Source: Cercozoa sp. M6MM (taxonomy: Eukaryota > Protista > Endomyxa: Ascetosporea). From it: 64,000 nucleotides of DNA. The notes under the pieces were generated by a model, which did no database searches, was not told where the DNA came from, and saw only the letters and a program-made list of their open reading frames with translations. How positions within the stretch are numbered: the first letter of the stretch is position 1; each line of letters begins with the position of its first letter. Positions 13,148 to 25,900 of this stretch are shown piece after piece. The stretch is from NCBI GenBank assembly GCA_040357565.1, contig JBDODJ010000024.1, one strand, 5' to 3'. The translations under genes and the position numbers were made by a program.

Positions 13148-14930
13148 ATCAAACGGGTGCACGTTTGCACAGAAGTGCATGCCGCAACACAAATCTCTTT
13201 GACGACGTCGAAGAACATCGGAATCGTCCGGTAGCTTCCTCGCCGTGCCAGCTGCCTGATAATCACGGATGCTGTTGCTTGTGTGCAGGACGGCATCGTG
13301 CCAAACTACACCTGCGTTATGCACTCACAGGTAACGTGTGCACGCCCTGTTTCTATGGAGTGTGTCTATGTGGGGTGCTTCTTTCTTTAGAGAGTAGTGG
13401 CAGACAAGGCGACTCGATGTGCACATTTCGACGATCCAATCACAAGTGTCGTTTCTCTTCTTTTTGTGTCCAGTTGTTTTTGGTTGTCTTGTGGCATTGC
13501 AATGAGTGCTCGTGTGCTGCAGTCGATGACCTAAAGAAGCAGTCGTCGTTTCGACACCTAGTGTGTCGACTGCTGCGGTCGGAGAGGCACGATGTCTCGT
13601 CAAGCACCAGCAGCACCAGCAGTATTAACAGCAACAGTGGTACCAATGGCGGCACAGGCAAATCGAATGACAGCGAGCTCAACTACGACGACGTTGGTTT
13701 CGAGACACCTCCGAAAACACGTCCTATCATGTACACTGTGTTACTGTGCTTTCTGTATCCATTACTGGCATAGATGGGCACAATGATACGAATGCACCGT
13801 GTTTGTATAGTCCTCCAACGCAGTCGCCGTTCGCAACGCCGATCAGAAGGCACTCGTCTGTGCCCCGTGTGTCCATGGTACTCCTGCATTCCTCTTCCTT
13901 CTGTCTGGAGACGGAGTGTGTCTGTATGTAGAGGGAGGTACCGAAACGCGTCACACCAGTCCGACGCGTGACTTCTCTCGAGCAGCGCATCTTGTAGCAT
14001 GTGCCTGTGTGCCTGTGTGTGTGTGTGCCTGTGTGCCTGTGACTGAACAAGCACACTGACCCGGCAGTGCCTGTTGTTGCTTAGTGGCTCGGATGACGAC
14101 GACGAGAGTCTGTCACCGTCGTCTCCACTGCGAGCGCAGCTGTCGCAGCGACGGAAACAGCAGGACTCGCTACGCACACTGCCGTCGTCGCACAGCAACA
14201 ACGACGTCGACCACGACGTCGACCACGACGCCGACCACGACGCCGACCACGAGTACGCCGACGATGAGCAGGTGTCGGTGCTGTTCGCTGATCTGGCACG
14301 TGACGACATGCCGCCGTCCCAGCCCTTCCGTACCCAGTTGCCTCACACCTGCCATGTGTATGCTGTCCCGTCACTCTGACCGCAAACGTAGCCGTGCTGC
14401 CGGCGGCACAGCCAGCGGCACCTGCACCGGCCACGCAGAACGTGTCGACCTTTGACTTCAACCAGTCGTACACACGCACGCACACACACACGCACACACA
14501 CATGCTTGCACACACCCTGACTGACTGGTATTCATGCAGGAGTGACGTAAGTCTAAGCACGCTGCCGCCGAGTAGTTCGACGCAGGAGGGCGACACGCAG
14601 CAAGGCAGCCAACTTAACCAAGGCAGCCAACTCAACCAGACCCAGTGCACTCACGACAACGACGACAACGACGACGACAAGGAGAACCAGGCCGATACCG
14701 AGCAGCACAAGCGCACACGGCAGCCACTGGTGCAGTACAGCGACTCCGAGCCCGAGTCGGTGCTGCCCAAAGACGACTCCGTGTCCAAGCGGCGGCGCCT
14801 GTGGAGCCAGGAGAACCGCCGGCGAGCTGCGCGGCAGCTTAAGCAGCAGCGCATCGCTCGTCGGCACGCCGTCCAGGACGCCGAGATGCGACGCGCCATC
14901 GCGTGGCTGCGCGACCACCTGCAGCACTGA
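11982..14930 (+). CDS. Hypothetical protein (multi-exon; acidic/disordered C-terminal half with SQ/TQ cluster; start uncertain)
   Basis: In-frame exons from about 12121 (e.g. AVQQMATVNVPRGGTSVVVLDIVVD|DIKHVTSHVHIDASL). The last exon 14540-14930 ends RRAIAWLRDHLQH*. Candidate ATG at 11982. Confidence 0.6.
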
Positions 14931-15035
14931 CGAGCTAAGTCTAGTTAGTTTGTTGGTTACCGTGCTCGATACTAATGATCGGATCGGATTAAAGCACGTT
15001 AGATTGGGATGATCGGACATGCATCGGCCGCAGCA

Positions 15036-15493
15036 TCATGAAGTTCGAACGGAGATGTCCTCGCCAAGGCGCTCAACGAAGGCAGGCGGCACCTTGCCGC
15101 GTTCCTGTCGCTTCGCGAACTGCTTGTGCGTCCACAGTGTCATCGACACGGCTGCAGTCGACAACGTTTGACGCAACTCACGGGAGCCACAAAGAATTAG
15201 ATGGCACAACATTTACCATGAGCAGCTGCAATTTCGGCAGCGAACGCTTCGTTGAACCACTGCAGCGAACCACCATCCCCTCACGCCAGAGTGAAAGTAA
15301 ACAACAGATGCAACATATCGATAGTTACCTGATGCCTCTCCAGCGGCATTTTGCCCGTGAAGGAGTCGCTCACAACCAGGACGTTGAACTTAGCACCACA
15401 GCCGTCGCTCTCATCGAGAACCACAACCAAATCCTCACTGCCAAGAACGGCTGAGATCTTCTTGGTAAAAGCTGTCTCAGTGTCAAGAGCCAT
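15036..15493 (-). CDS. BolA-family protein (BolA2-like, cytosolic Fe-S/glutaredoxin partner)
   Basis: VVLDESDGCGAKFNVLVVSDSFTGKMPLERHQ|WFNEAFAAEIAAAH|AVSMTLWT: GCG..F, F.GK...RH and HA motifs. Confidence 0.9.
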
Positions 15494-15668
15494 TGCGTAC
15501 GTGTCCTCGCTGCTCTATGACGTAAACAAACGAGAAAACTACTGTACATACAGTGGACTCAGGTCTGTCATCTCTGATTGTAGCCACCCTCATCTTCTCC
15601 TGTCTCGTACAATTGTACAGTGCTATACAGCGAGAACGACAGGTTATCGTACTGTACAACAGCGAAGT

Positions 15669-17349
15669 ATGGCCGAAGCGTTGCAACACGATATGTGGGA
15701 TTGCTGGGACGACAAGTTGACACCATTTGGTGCAATTAATCCGAGGTGACGGGTTGTTGATTGTCGATTGATTCTTCGTTGCTTGGCTTACAGACCAGGC
15801 CCTTGAAGCCGCTGCTAAAGAGTGCGAAACCGTGTCGCCAGATCCAGCGACTCTTTGTGACCTGCTTGAGGAGAAAACTCTGATTTCGGAGGGCACCTAC
15901 GCCCGCGTCTATCGCATCGGTAAACTTGAGTGTAGATTGTACCGACCACCATGCCGTTGTATGCTGATGTGTGTAGGTGAAAAGTTGGCACTGAAACAGT
16001 TTCGTGGTGCAGGCGAATTGCACGACGCTCACGTTCGCGAATGTACATAGTCTGTCCATGATATATATATATATATATATGATAATGCGCAACAACGTAG
16101 TGCGAACACTGAATCTGATCTCGCACCTGCCAGACGCGCACCTGTTGTGCCTGCGTAAGGCAGCCGTCATCAATCACAAGTACGCTCAGCTCGCACGAAG
16201 TGTGTTTTCACTTGGATGATTGTTTCATAGTGAGAAGAATGCACTCGGCTTGTACTTTGACTTTTACCCATACTCGCTAGAGGTACACACACATACACGT
16301 TCACATGCTCACATTCCCATTCATAACATGCCTAACACACACACAGGGCATCATCTTCGGCCGCGGCAGCAGCGAGCGCACTCTCGATGAGCGTGCCATG
16401 CTGGGCATTGTGCGCGCACTGCTCGTGGCCTCTGCGGCACTCTCTCGTCTGGGCACGTACCCTCTCTCCCTCCTCCCCTAGTCCCTGTCTCCACAGTCAC
16501 CTGTGTCTCGAGTCACCGTGACTTGTTGATGTATGCGCAGACTGACTCGCGACTTCAAACCGTCCAACGTACTGATCGCTGCCTCGGGCGACGTATGTCT
16601 CGCCGACTTCAACTTTGCATCGGCTTTGCAGTTCGGTGCCTCTTGTTTGGTTGCATGCGGACCGTACACACACACACACACGCACATGCACACACTGCAT
16701 GAGTATTGAGATGTGTATGTGATTAAGCAGGCAGGTGCGACAAGCCGTTGCACAGCTATGTACAAACGCCGCGCTTCCGTGCGCCTGAGTTGCTGGACGT
16801 GCGCAGTGATTCTCTGTCTGCCTACGACGCGCGTGGTAGGAAGATGCATCGGCTGTCCATGGACATGAGACTGTACATGTGAATATGCATGTGCATGGGT
16901 GTGTACAATGCAACAGCCGACGTCTGGTCGATCGGCGTGATCTTCCTGTGCATGATACTGCGACGACACCCGTTTACCGACACCCCGTCTGACCTGGCTC
17001 GACTGCGCCAATTCCGACGGAAGAACGGCGCACTGCTGGGCGAGAAACTGCCGCGTTTGCTGCGCCGTTCGAAACGCTTGTCGCCGGCGTCGTCGCAGCT
17101 CCTGCTGGCGATGCTCTCAGTCGACGTCTCGATCCGACCGACTGCGCAGGAGTGCCTGCGACAACTCGACGAGTGCACCAGATTGCTCGACTTACATGAG
17201 GTATCCTTCTCCTCACCAGATGGGCCTTGCAATGTGTGTGTGTGTGTGTNNNNNNNNNNNNNNNNNNNNNNNNNNNNNNNNNNNNNNNNNNNNNNNNNNN
17301 NNNNNNNNNNNNNNNNNNNNNNNNNNNNNNNNNNNNNNNNNNNNNNNNN

Positions 17350-17391
<42 letters not shown>

Positions 17392-17533
17392 AATGTGTTC
17401 AGGGAGTGGAGACACCAATGTCGGAATTCGAGCTGCGGCGGCGATACGCCGATGCGCTGCGCCGGCACCTGCCGCAAGATGCAGAGGTACTCACGCCCCC
17501 TTCCGCTGCCTTTGTGCCTGCGTGTATGTGTGT

Positions 17534-17571
<38 letters not shown>

Positions 17572-17644
17572 TTTGATTTTGCGACAGATGCTCCATGACA
17601 AGGTGCGCCATGCGTACGAACGAGACTCGGCGGACGCGAGTTAA
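15669..17644 (+). CDS. Divergent CMGC-like (CDK/MAPK-related) protein kinase
   Basis: ISEGTYARVY, ALK, TRDFKPSNVLI, LADFNFA, SYVQTPRFRAPELL, DVWSIGVIF and RPTAQECL subdomains assemble across GT-AG introns. Confidence 0.85.
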
Positions 17645-18069
17645 TGGGTAGGTAAACCGGTCGTTCGATTCGACGATACATTTTAGTCGAGTTAAGTTGT
17701 CCTTGCCTCGCCTCTTCACCGCAATCGCTTGAAAAGCGACGTCAGATGGGTACCGGCCACGTCAGTCAGCTGGCAACGCAATTTAGCAGTCCGCGACATT
17801 CGATTCTGATTTTGCTTCGAAACCCCGGCATAATTTAGTTTACTTGCTTAAATTACGTTATTTCAATCACGTCACAAATAATTCGATTCGACCGCGACCC
17901 GACCGGACCAAACGTGTGTATCCGTACGGATAGTCGGACGTACATTTCACGGAGTTCAATACCGAACAGCCTCAGCTGGTATGCGATGTGCAAGGACGCA
18001 TGCAGGTAGGCTAACCACGCTCGGCACACCGAGGTGACTGTACAGGTATCGCGACGAGCATGCGCCGTC

Positions 18070-20357
18070 CTAGCGGCGACGGCGAAGGAAAAGCATCGAC
18101 TATGTCAGAACAAAGCAAGAAATCAGGACACCAGTTTCTGAGTAAAGAGAAAGAGTCTACCGCAACAGCGGCAACAACAACGACGGCGACGACGCCAGTC
18201 ACAGCGAGCAGCGATGAGGACACATGCTCTTCGGACTCGGCGTCCTCACCGGCACAGGGAGGCTCCGCAGGCGTCACCTTCGTGATCTGGTCCTCCTGTT
18301 TCAACTCTGGGGTTACTGCGCTTGGTAGTTCCTGCTGCTGCTGCTTGAGAGCGGCGACAGCAGCAAGAGTTTCTGTTTTCGCCGGTTCCTTTTCCGACTG
18401 CTGCTGCTGCAGTTGCTCTTCCACATGCTGCTGCTCTTGGATCGACACAGGTAGAGATGCTTCGCACTCCTGCTCCTGCTCTTGCTGCTCTTCTTCTTGC
18501 GCTCCCTGCTGCTGCGGTTCCTCCTGCTGTCGCTCCTGCTTCTGCGGTTCCTCCTGCTGCTGGTGGTGGTCAGGCTCGTAGTCCACCATGACGACAGAAG
18601 CGTCCTGCTCGTTTTCCTCTGAGGCTACTTCTTCCTCCTCTTCCTGGACCGGCATTTCCTCCTCGTCCTACAGAAAAACTGCATGCACACACACACACAC
18701 GCACACATGCACCCCAGAAAACACAGTGAACTACCGGAATCTCCTCCCGTGGCACATCGACCATGACAGGCGTGTCCTCTTCCTTGGGCTCCTCGGTGGG
18801 CTCCTGCTCGGCAGCAGCAGGCTCCTCAGTGACAGGTTGCTCCGCCTGCTCGGCAGTCTCCACCTCCTCCGCCGGCTGCCGCTGCTCCTGGGCCTCGTGA
18901 GCCTCGACCATGACAACCGATGCGTTCTGTAAAAACACAGGAACTTGCCTGCTTGCACGGCACGCACAGAGTTGTCAGAGACCGTACCTGGTCAATGCCA
19001 GAAGTGCTGGTTTCGTCCTCATCGTCGAACTCTTCCTGTCGCATGTACAGATACACAAATAGAACATCGATGCTTATGTGTGTCAGACAGACATACACAC
19101 ATTCTTACTTTGAAACCAGTTAGGAAGAAACACACCGAATCAGCGAGCTCCTCGACCTCTTCGACCTCTTCGACTTCAGCAGTCTCTTGGGTCTCCTCGT
19201 CGTCGTCGTGCTGCACCTCCGGCTCCTGTTCCGACAGTTCCTGCTCTTCTGTATCGACAAGTGCCTCGTTCGTCTGCTCCTCGGCCTGTTCTTCAGCAAC
19301 TTGCACGGCCTCACTCTCTTCAGCCGGCTTGACTTCTTCTGCCTCTTCCTCTTCTTGGACAGTGGCACTCTCGGTCTCTGCAACAGCAGAGTAGGTTTCT
19401 TCGGAATCGAGATCGACAGCCTCGGCACTCTTGGTCTCCTCAGCGGTCTCTTCAACGGCCTCCTCGCTGCCACGATACCAAGCGGAATCAAAGAATCAAG
19501 ACACGAACCACACGAGGGAGAACAACTGAGGTACACTTCGGCCACAGGCGCGGTATCGTTCTCCTCCTGTTCGGCCGGGGTGTCCTCCTCGACGTTCGTC
19601 TGGACAATGACGGTGGAGCTGGTCTGCAGGCACACCACACAACAACAGAGTAACTGCACAACAAGCAGCTATTACAAGCACGCACCACAGCGTAATCCTC
19701 GTCCTCGGAATCCGACGGCAGAACGTCCTCTTCCTACAGATGCGGCGATAAGGCATTAAAACTACTCACTGTGGAAGCAAACTTTACCTCTGAGACCAGT
19801 TCTTCGACCTCCTCGGGTTCCTCGTCCTCGTCAGCCTCTTGGGTCTCCACAGCGGCCTCAGCAATCTCAACATTAGTCTCGGCGTCTTCCTCAGTGGCGG
19901 CTTCGGTGGTGTCCTCCTCAGCAACAACCTCGGTGCTCTCCTCAGCAACAACCTCGGTGCTCTCCTCAGCAACAACCCCGGTGCTCTCCTCAGCAACAAC
20001 CTCGGTGCTCTCCTCAGCAGCCTCGGCGCTCTCCTCGGCAGCGGGGGCAGTCTGCTCCTCCTCAGGGTTCTCGGTCTCAGCGATCGTCTCCTCTACGTCG
20101 GCAGCCTGCTCATCTTCAACCTTGGTCTCCGCTTCGGCTCCAGCAACCTCGACCGGCGTAGTCTCTGCCGGAGCGACAGGCGCGTCCTCTACGGCAGCGG
20201 AGGCATCCTGGGTCTCCTTTGGTACCTCGGCGGCAGCAGCAGCTTGCTGAAGATCAAAAACACCAGATCAAAATTAATTATCATGGACAAGTTAATGACC
20301 TACCTGCTGTTGCTTCTTCTTCCTGTTGCGCCGTTTGCGGTTTCTGTTGCCAGCCAT
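18070..20357 (-). CDS. Large acidic (E/A-rich) disordered protein with C-terminal tail anchor
   Basis: Basic N-terminus MAGNRNRKRRNRKKKQQ and E-rich exons. C-terminus LLAVTGVVAVVVVAAVA|SMLFLRRRR*. Probable 5'-UTR intron at about 20367-20434. Confidence 0.75.
19917..20018 (-). repeat. Coding 24-bp tandem repeat (AEESTEVV), about 4 copies
   Basis: CTCAGCAACAACCTCGGTGCTCTC units seen directly on the + strand. Confidence 0.85.
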
Positions 20358-20560
20358 TTGCACCACCTGCGACAACAACCAACTACTTGTGCTGATTAAA
20401 AAAATACAATACACGCTGATGAAGACAAGCACACCTGTGGTCTCTGCTTAAACTAGCACTCGCACGGATACAGCGATACACTAATCTGGCAGCCTACTGA
20501 GCGCCGGGTCATTTTTAATAATTTGTATCCGATGATTACTGTATCATTTGTTGGCATTGT

Positions 20561-20967
20561 TGTCACCGCGGCCTTTTTAGTAATTCAGACTTTGGCAGGA
20601 AAAAGACTAAAGAAACAAATGGAATCTACACGCATTCAGTTCGATGTGTTTCCTTGAGACAGGGTCGACAAAGTACAAAAAGGAAGGAAGGAGAAGGAGG
20701 GACGAAACAAGGCTCTCTGTGCTGGAAGGCAGCAACAGGGGAGTATGTGTGAGTGCCAGGAAAGCAGCAATCTATGCTCTTTCCAGGTCAGTCTACCAAG
20801 CACCGGGTAAGGAGGTAAGCAACACTCTCGGAAGGCTAGCGTAGGGTACCCGACAAACACAACGCAATTTACCACACCCTAAGCGAGTGACTTTCTCCCG
20901 TGCTGAGCACCCCGGACTCAGACAGACCTAACTCGACTAACTGAATGGAGAATATTGTTCCGTAACA
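20561..20967 (-). mobile_element. Solo-LTR-like element, internally deleted copy
   Basis: The reverse complement runs TGTTACG...GGCCGCGGTGACA and aligns with 30653-31194 (CCGAGAGTGTTGCT, TGGTAGACTGACCT, CCAGCACAGAGAGCC, TTTCTTTAGTCTTTTTCCTG). Flanks do not form a TSD. Confidence 0.75.
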
Positions 20968-20995
20968 GTGCGGGAAACGGAAAGCTAATGCGCGG

Positions 20996-21228
20996 AGAGA
21001 CGGGAGGACGACGACGGGACGACCCGACGCGGCCTGCGACGCCTCTCTACTTGTAGCCCGCTACCTGCACCAACCATGAAGTCGACTTCGGTGTCTGGGG
21101 AACGTCAAAAGGGGAGTTGTATGGTCCTACCCTAAGCGGGCGGTAGACACGGCCATGCTCTTGTGACCCACCCCAGACTGGTGCAGGGGAACTACATAGT
21201 TGGTTTCCTAGAAGACTCAACTAACTAA
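20996..21228 (+). mobile_element. Non-LTR retroelement 3' fragment, copy 2 (about 62 nt longer at the 5' end)
   Basis: TSD CTAATGCGCGG at 20985-20995 and 21229-21239, partly overlapping the (CTAA)n tail. Near-identical to 8285-8455. Confidence 0.88.
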
Positions 21229-21239
21229 CTAATGCGCGG

Positions 21240-22717
21240 CTAGTGACTGCTGTCAAAGTCGTAGGACAGCTGTCCTAGCGACGATGTGTCAAGAGCGGCA
21301 GAGTTTGGACGCTGCTGCGGCCGATTTGACGGCATTTTCGCTCGCTTCTTTCGGGGCCGTGCCTGTTCGATGACACAGTCAGTCAGTCAAACAGGACTCG
21401 ATCGCGACTGTCAGGATTGGCACTGTACCTCATTATCATCGTCCATGAGATCGTTGTCGTCGATGCAGACCGAGTCGTTGAGCAAGGTGCTCTGACTGCG
21501 TGCCAGAGTGCGGCCCTACCAGGGAGCGCACAGACAGAGAGAGAGAGTCACACACATACACACACACATACACACACACATACACACATACACACACATA
21601 CACACACAGACACAGACACAGACACAGACACACAGACACAGACACACACACACAGACACACACACACAGACACAGACACACACACAGATACACAGACACA
21701 CAGACACACACAGGACACGAGAGATAGGCACACTACCGTGCTCTGCGAGCAGTCGTCGGCGCTGTCAGTGCCGTACTCGGCGAGACGCAGCTGGCGGCAC
21801 ACGCGTCGGTACAGCAGCTGCCAGGCCGCCGTGGCCCGCGACACGGCCGTTTCGATCTGGCCCTCGAGCTCGTCCTTAGCGAGTTCGCTCCTGAACACCA
21901 GCGTACATACATACGCATCAGTCATGCGTGCACAAGCCACAGAGTGCCAACACACCAGTAGTCCACCTGCTCCAGTTTCGGCATGATGAGGGCCGAGTTC
22001 TCGTGCTGATCGACTTGCTGCTCCAGGTTGGCTGAGTCATTGCTGGTCGAGTCGTTGTCGTTGGCGGCCGAGTCGTTGGCATGCTCGAGACGCTCCTTGG
22101 CCTGCAGCTGCAGCACGTCAAACAAGTCGCGTGCTTTGTTCAACTCCTTCTCGGCGCTTTTCTTGGCGTTGTTTTGGCGCAGGATCGCCTGTGTTCCACA
22201 AATTTGTCAGGCCATTCCGGGTCTATCCAGGTAGAGTGGGGTACCCCATCGCCACGCAGATTTGGTTCCGTCGCCGATGTTTCGCTCTCGGCCACTGCAC
22301 GCGCGGCATCTGAAAAACAAAAAGTTGCTTGGCTTGCCTTGGTCCGGACAGAACAGTTTGCGACAGTAAATGCATCACAGGGTACCGTCAAAGGCATTGC
22401 GCAGGATCTCCAGTCGATGCGGGTTTAGAGCCGACCCTTGCTCCTTGAGGAACGAGTGCAGAAACTCAGCGAGTGCGCACATTCTGTATTAATAAAAATT
22501 GCCCATGTCGGGGGGGGGGGGGGGGGGGGGGATAAAGCCAGAGAAAACAGAGAGACAACGCACGGATCGAGTTGTTTCTGAGCGGCCATGGCTGCGAAAT
22601 AATTCGACCTGTGTTTTCGCGGCTTCTTTCGTCTGCGTCTGTTGATGCAATACATACATACACACATACATACACACACATACACACACATACATACACA
22701 CACATACATACACACAA

Positions 22718-22787
<70 letters not shown>

Positions 22788-22927
22788 AGACTAAACGTAC
22801 ACAGCGGAGGTGTCGGACGTGCCGCAGTCGTCGAGGTGGTCGACCAGGAGACTCACGTCGCAGAGCGACGGCACGTCGATGCGTCCGATCGGCACACTGG
22901 CCACTGCGTGCAATTCGACCACCTGCA

Positions 22928-22973
<46 letters not shown>

Positions 22974-25900
22974 CATAGAAGGGTTAATGAGAAGGGGAGA
23001 GAAGTCGTATAGTAGTGAGTCTACCGCCAGCACAAACAGAAGTTCCGGCATCGAAAGCGGCGAGAAACGAGCCAAGGCGACGTCGCGGAAGACGGCAGCG
23101 TCGCAGGCGTCGTCGCGCGAGGCATCCTCGGCCTCCTCGATGTCGATCTCGTCGACCACGTCGTTCTCCGCGTGGTCCAAAAAGTCAAGCTCGAGCAGTT
23201 CGCCATTCCTCTGCACACATGCACACATTCACACACATAGACATGCAAATGCACATATACAGCAGCCTACCTTGGCACAATGCTCAGCGAGCACCAACGG
23301 CGGCTGCACATCGCCAGCCTGTCGTTCCTGGCCCTGCGGACTCTCACACATACCAATTAGAGGATGTACAGGTACATACAGAAACCAAGAAACGGAAACA
23401 CGGGGCACCGCCATGGCAGCTTCAAAGCCGGCACCGACTCTGTCCACGCAGACACACTCACATACGCGCATGTGTGTGTGTGTGATTCAGTGCTAGGAAG
23501 GAAGGAAGGAAGGAAGGAGCGTACCGAGCACTGAGCCACTTGAGTGCCATGAGAGGAGAGAGCGACTTCTCCAGTGCTTTCAGTTTCTTGGCCTCGTCAT
23601 CCTGCGGAGGGAAAGCACCATACCACGTGCCACATGTGATACACCAAGTGTTTCATCTGTACCTGGATTTCATGAATGTCGTCTTCGTGCATAGTACCGT
23701 CTGTGCAACAAGATACATAGGTTAGAATCACCCCGGCAATTATACAACCTCCCCCCCAGTATACAGACAGCGCACATACCACGAGAGGCCTGCTCGACCT
23801 CACGCAAGGTCTCGGCAATCGAGAGCAGTTCATCGCCACGCCGTGCGACGCACATACGCACCAAAGCCTACACACACATACACACAATCCCAGGGGGGCA
23901 CCACGTGACAGGTACCGGTAGTGCCGAGGCGAGGAAGGCCGCGCGCACATGCATGCGCTGCGACAACTCCTTGGCGTTCGAGTGGTTCTGTCTCTCCTGT
24001 GTATCCACACATAGACATACAGACATACAGACACAAAGACACACAGGCACAGAGACCGATACAGACACAGGGGCACACAGGAGACACACCCGCTGCAGGT
24101 AGAAGAAGAAGAAGCCGTCCAGCAACTGGCGCGAGTGATCGGCGTCGTCGTTTTCCACGGACTGAACAAAGAAGTGCACAGTCCTAGAAAGGCAACAGGC
24201 AGAGGCAGGGACAGCGACTACCTTAGCGTGCAGGAGTCGTAGTCGCAGACAGGCGAGTCGCGCCACGTCCTTCTCGGTGAGCTCCATGGCCGCGGCTGCG
24301 CGGTGCAGTTTCTGCGGCCACGTGTGCGGCCACTTGCTCGAGTCAAGGTCTGTTCGTGCCGGGGAGGGAGGGGGAGGGATAAGGTTAGGGAAGAGGATAA
24401 AGCTGCGTTCATGTATATGTGCTTACCAGAGGGCAGTAGTAGCATGCACGGAGACACGTGGAGACGCATCTCGTCGTGCTGTCGGATCAGCCGCTTGCCG
24501 AGGTACTGCACTGCCTGCTCAGATAGCACACACACACCCATATATATATACATATATATATATATACATGTATATCTGTGTACACACGGATATAGATATG
24601 TGTGTGTGCATTCACAATCTTCAAAAAGCAGAGGTACTGTGCGCGACAGGAAGGAGTCGTTGTTGGAGACGAACTGACGCACCAGTTGCAGCACTTGTCT
24701 GTTGGCACACACATATATATATATATATATGTGTATATACATATATGTATACATGCACGTACTTGCGAACGGCGTAATAGTAGTCGCACAGAGGCATGCA
24801 CACCGGCAGGTCCAAACAGCCCGGGAGCATCCTCTCCTCCATGTGCACGGCTTCCTCCTACAGTCAGTGGGGGGGGGGGGTGGATCACGTGCACCCTATG
24901 CATGTGGGCAGAGAGGTCAACTAGACAGAACAAGTACCACGAAGGGAGCGGCGTCGTTCTTGATGACCCGGACGGCCTGCTCGAGGTCGTGCTTGCGGAA
25001 GGCAAACAGAGGGTTGACGAAAGCGGCCAGGTCGCCTGCCTGGGCCGACTGTTTGACTCTGCGTCCAGGTGGTCATGCATATGCAGATGTATCCTCTGTG
25101 GGAGTAGGAGGCTTGAGCTACTGTGCAATGAGCTGAGGCGACGGGATCGGCGGCACCTGTCGGAAGTTGAGCAGGCAGTCGCACAGCACCTGCAGGCATG
25201 CCCCAGCACCACATAGACAATGAATAGTACAGCACAGTGCAGTTGGAAAGTACAGGCGCACCTTGAGAGTGGTGAGTTGCAGTGCCTCCTGTTCGTGGCG
25301 ACACGCGGCGTACAGCGTGGCCACGCGACGCAAGAAGAGCGCGCTGTCGATGAACAGTCGTCTGTCAGCCTGGGTGGACACTGCCTGGGTGGACACTGCC
25401 TGGGTGGACACTGCCTGGGTGGACACTGCCTGGGTGGACACTGACAGTGTGTTCCCTGCCCCTGAGTCCTCCTTGTCCTCCATACCGTCCTGCATACCGA
25501 CCTCCTGGCCTCCTTCATTGTGCTCGCTGTTCTCCTTGTCATGCACGTCGTTGTTGCCGTCGGTGTCGTGGGCGGGTTCGTCTATGGTCAACGTGCCACC
25601 TTCCTCGCAGGCACCCAGTGCGGCGTGCATGAGCTTGTCGCCCAGAGCCCGGCGCAGGCGTGCACTCCGCAGACAAAGTGCGCCCATTGCCTACACGCAT
25701 GTGCACATGTGCATACCCTTACTCCATGCACACACATCGCCAGACAGACGGGACAGAAAGACACCTCGATGGCAGCATTGCGAATGTAGGCGTTGTGGCC
25801 CTGCGTCAGCTGAGCAGCCACCTGCTTGTTCAGCTTGCGAACGAACGGGTCCATGGCAGGCAGGGTAACCTAGGAACAGACCAGGCAAGGTAGGGAACAA

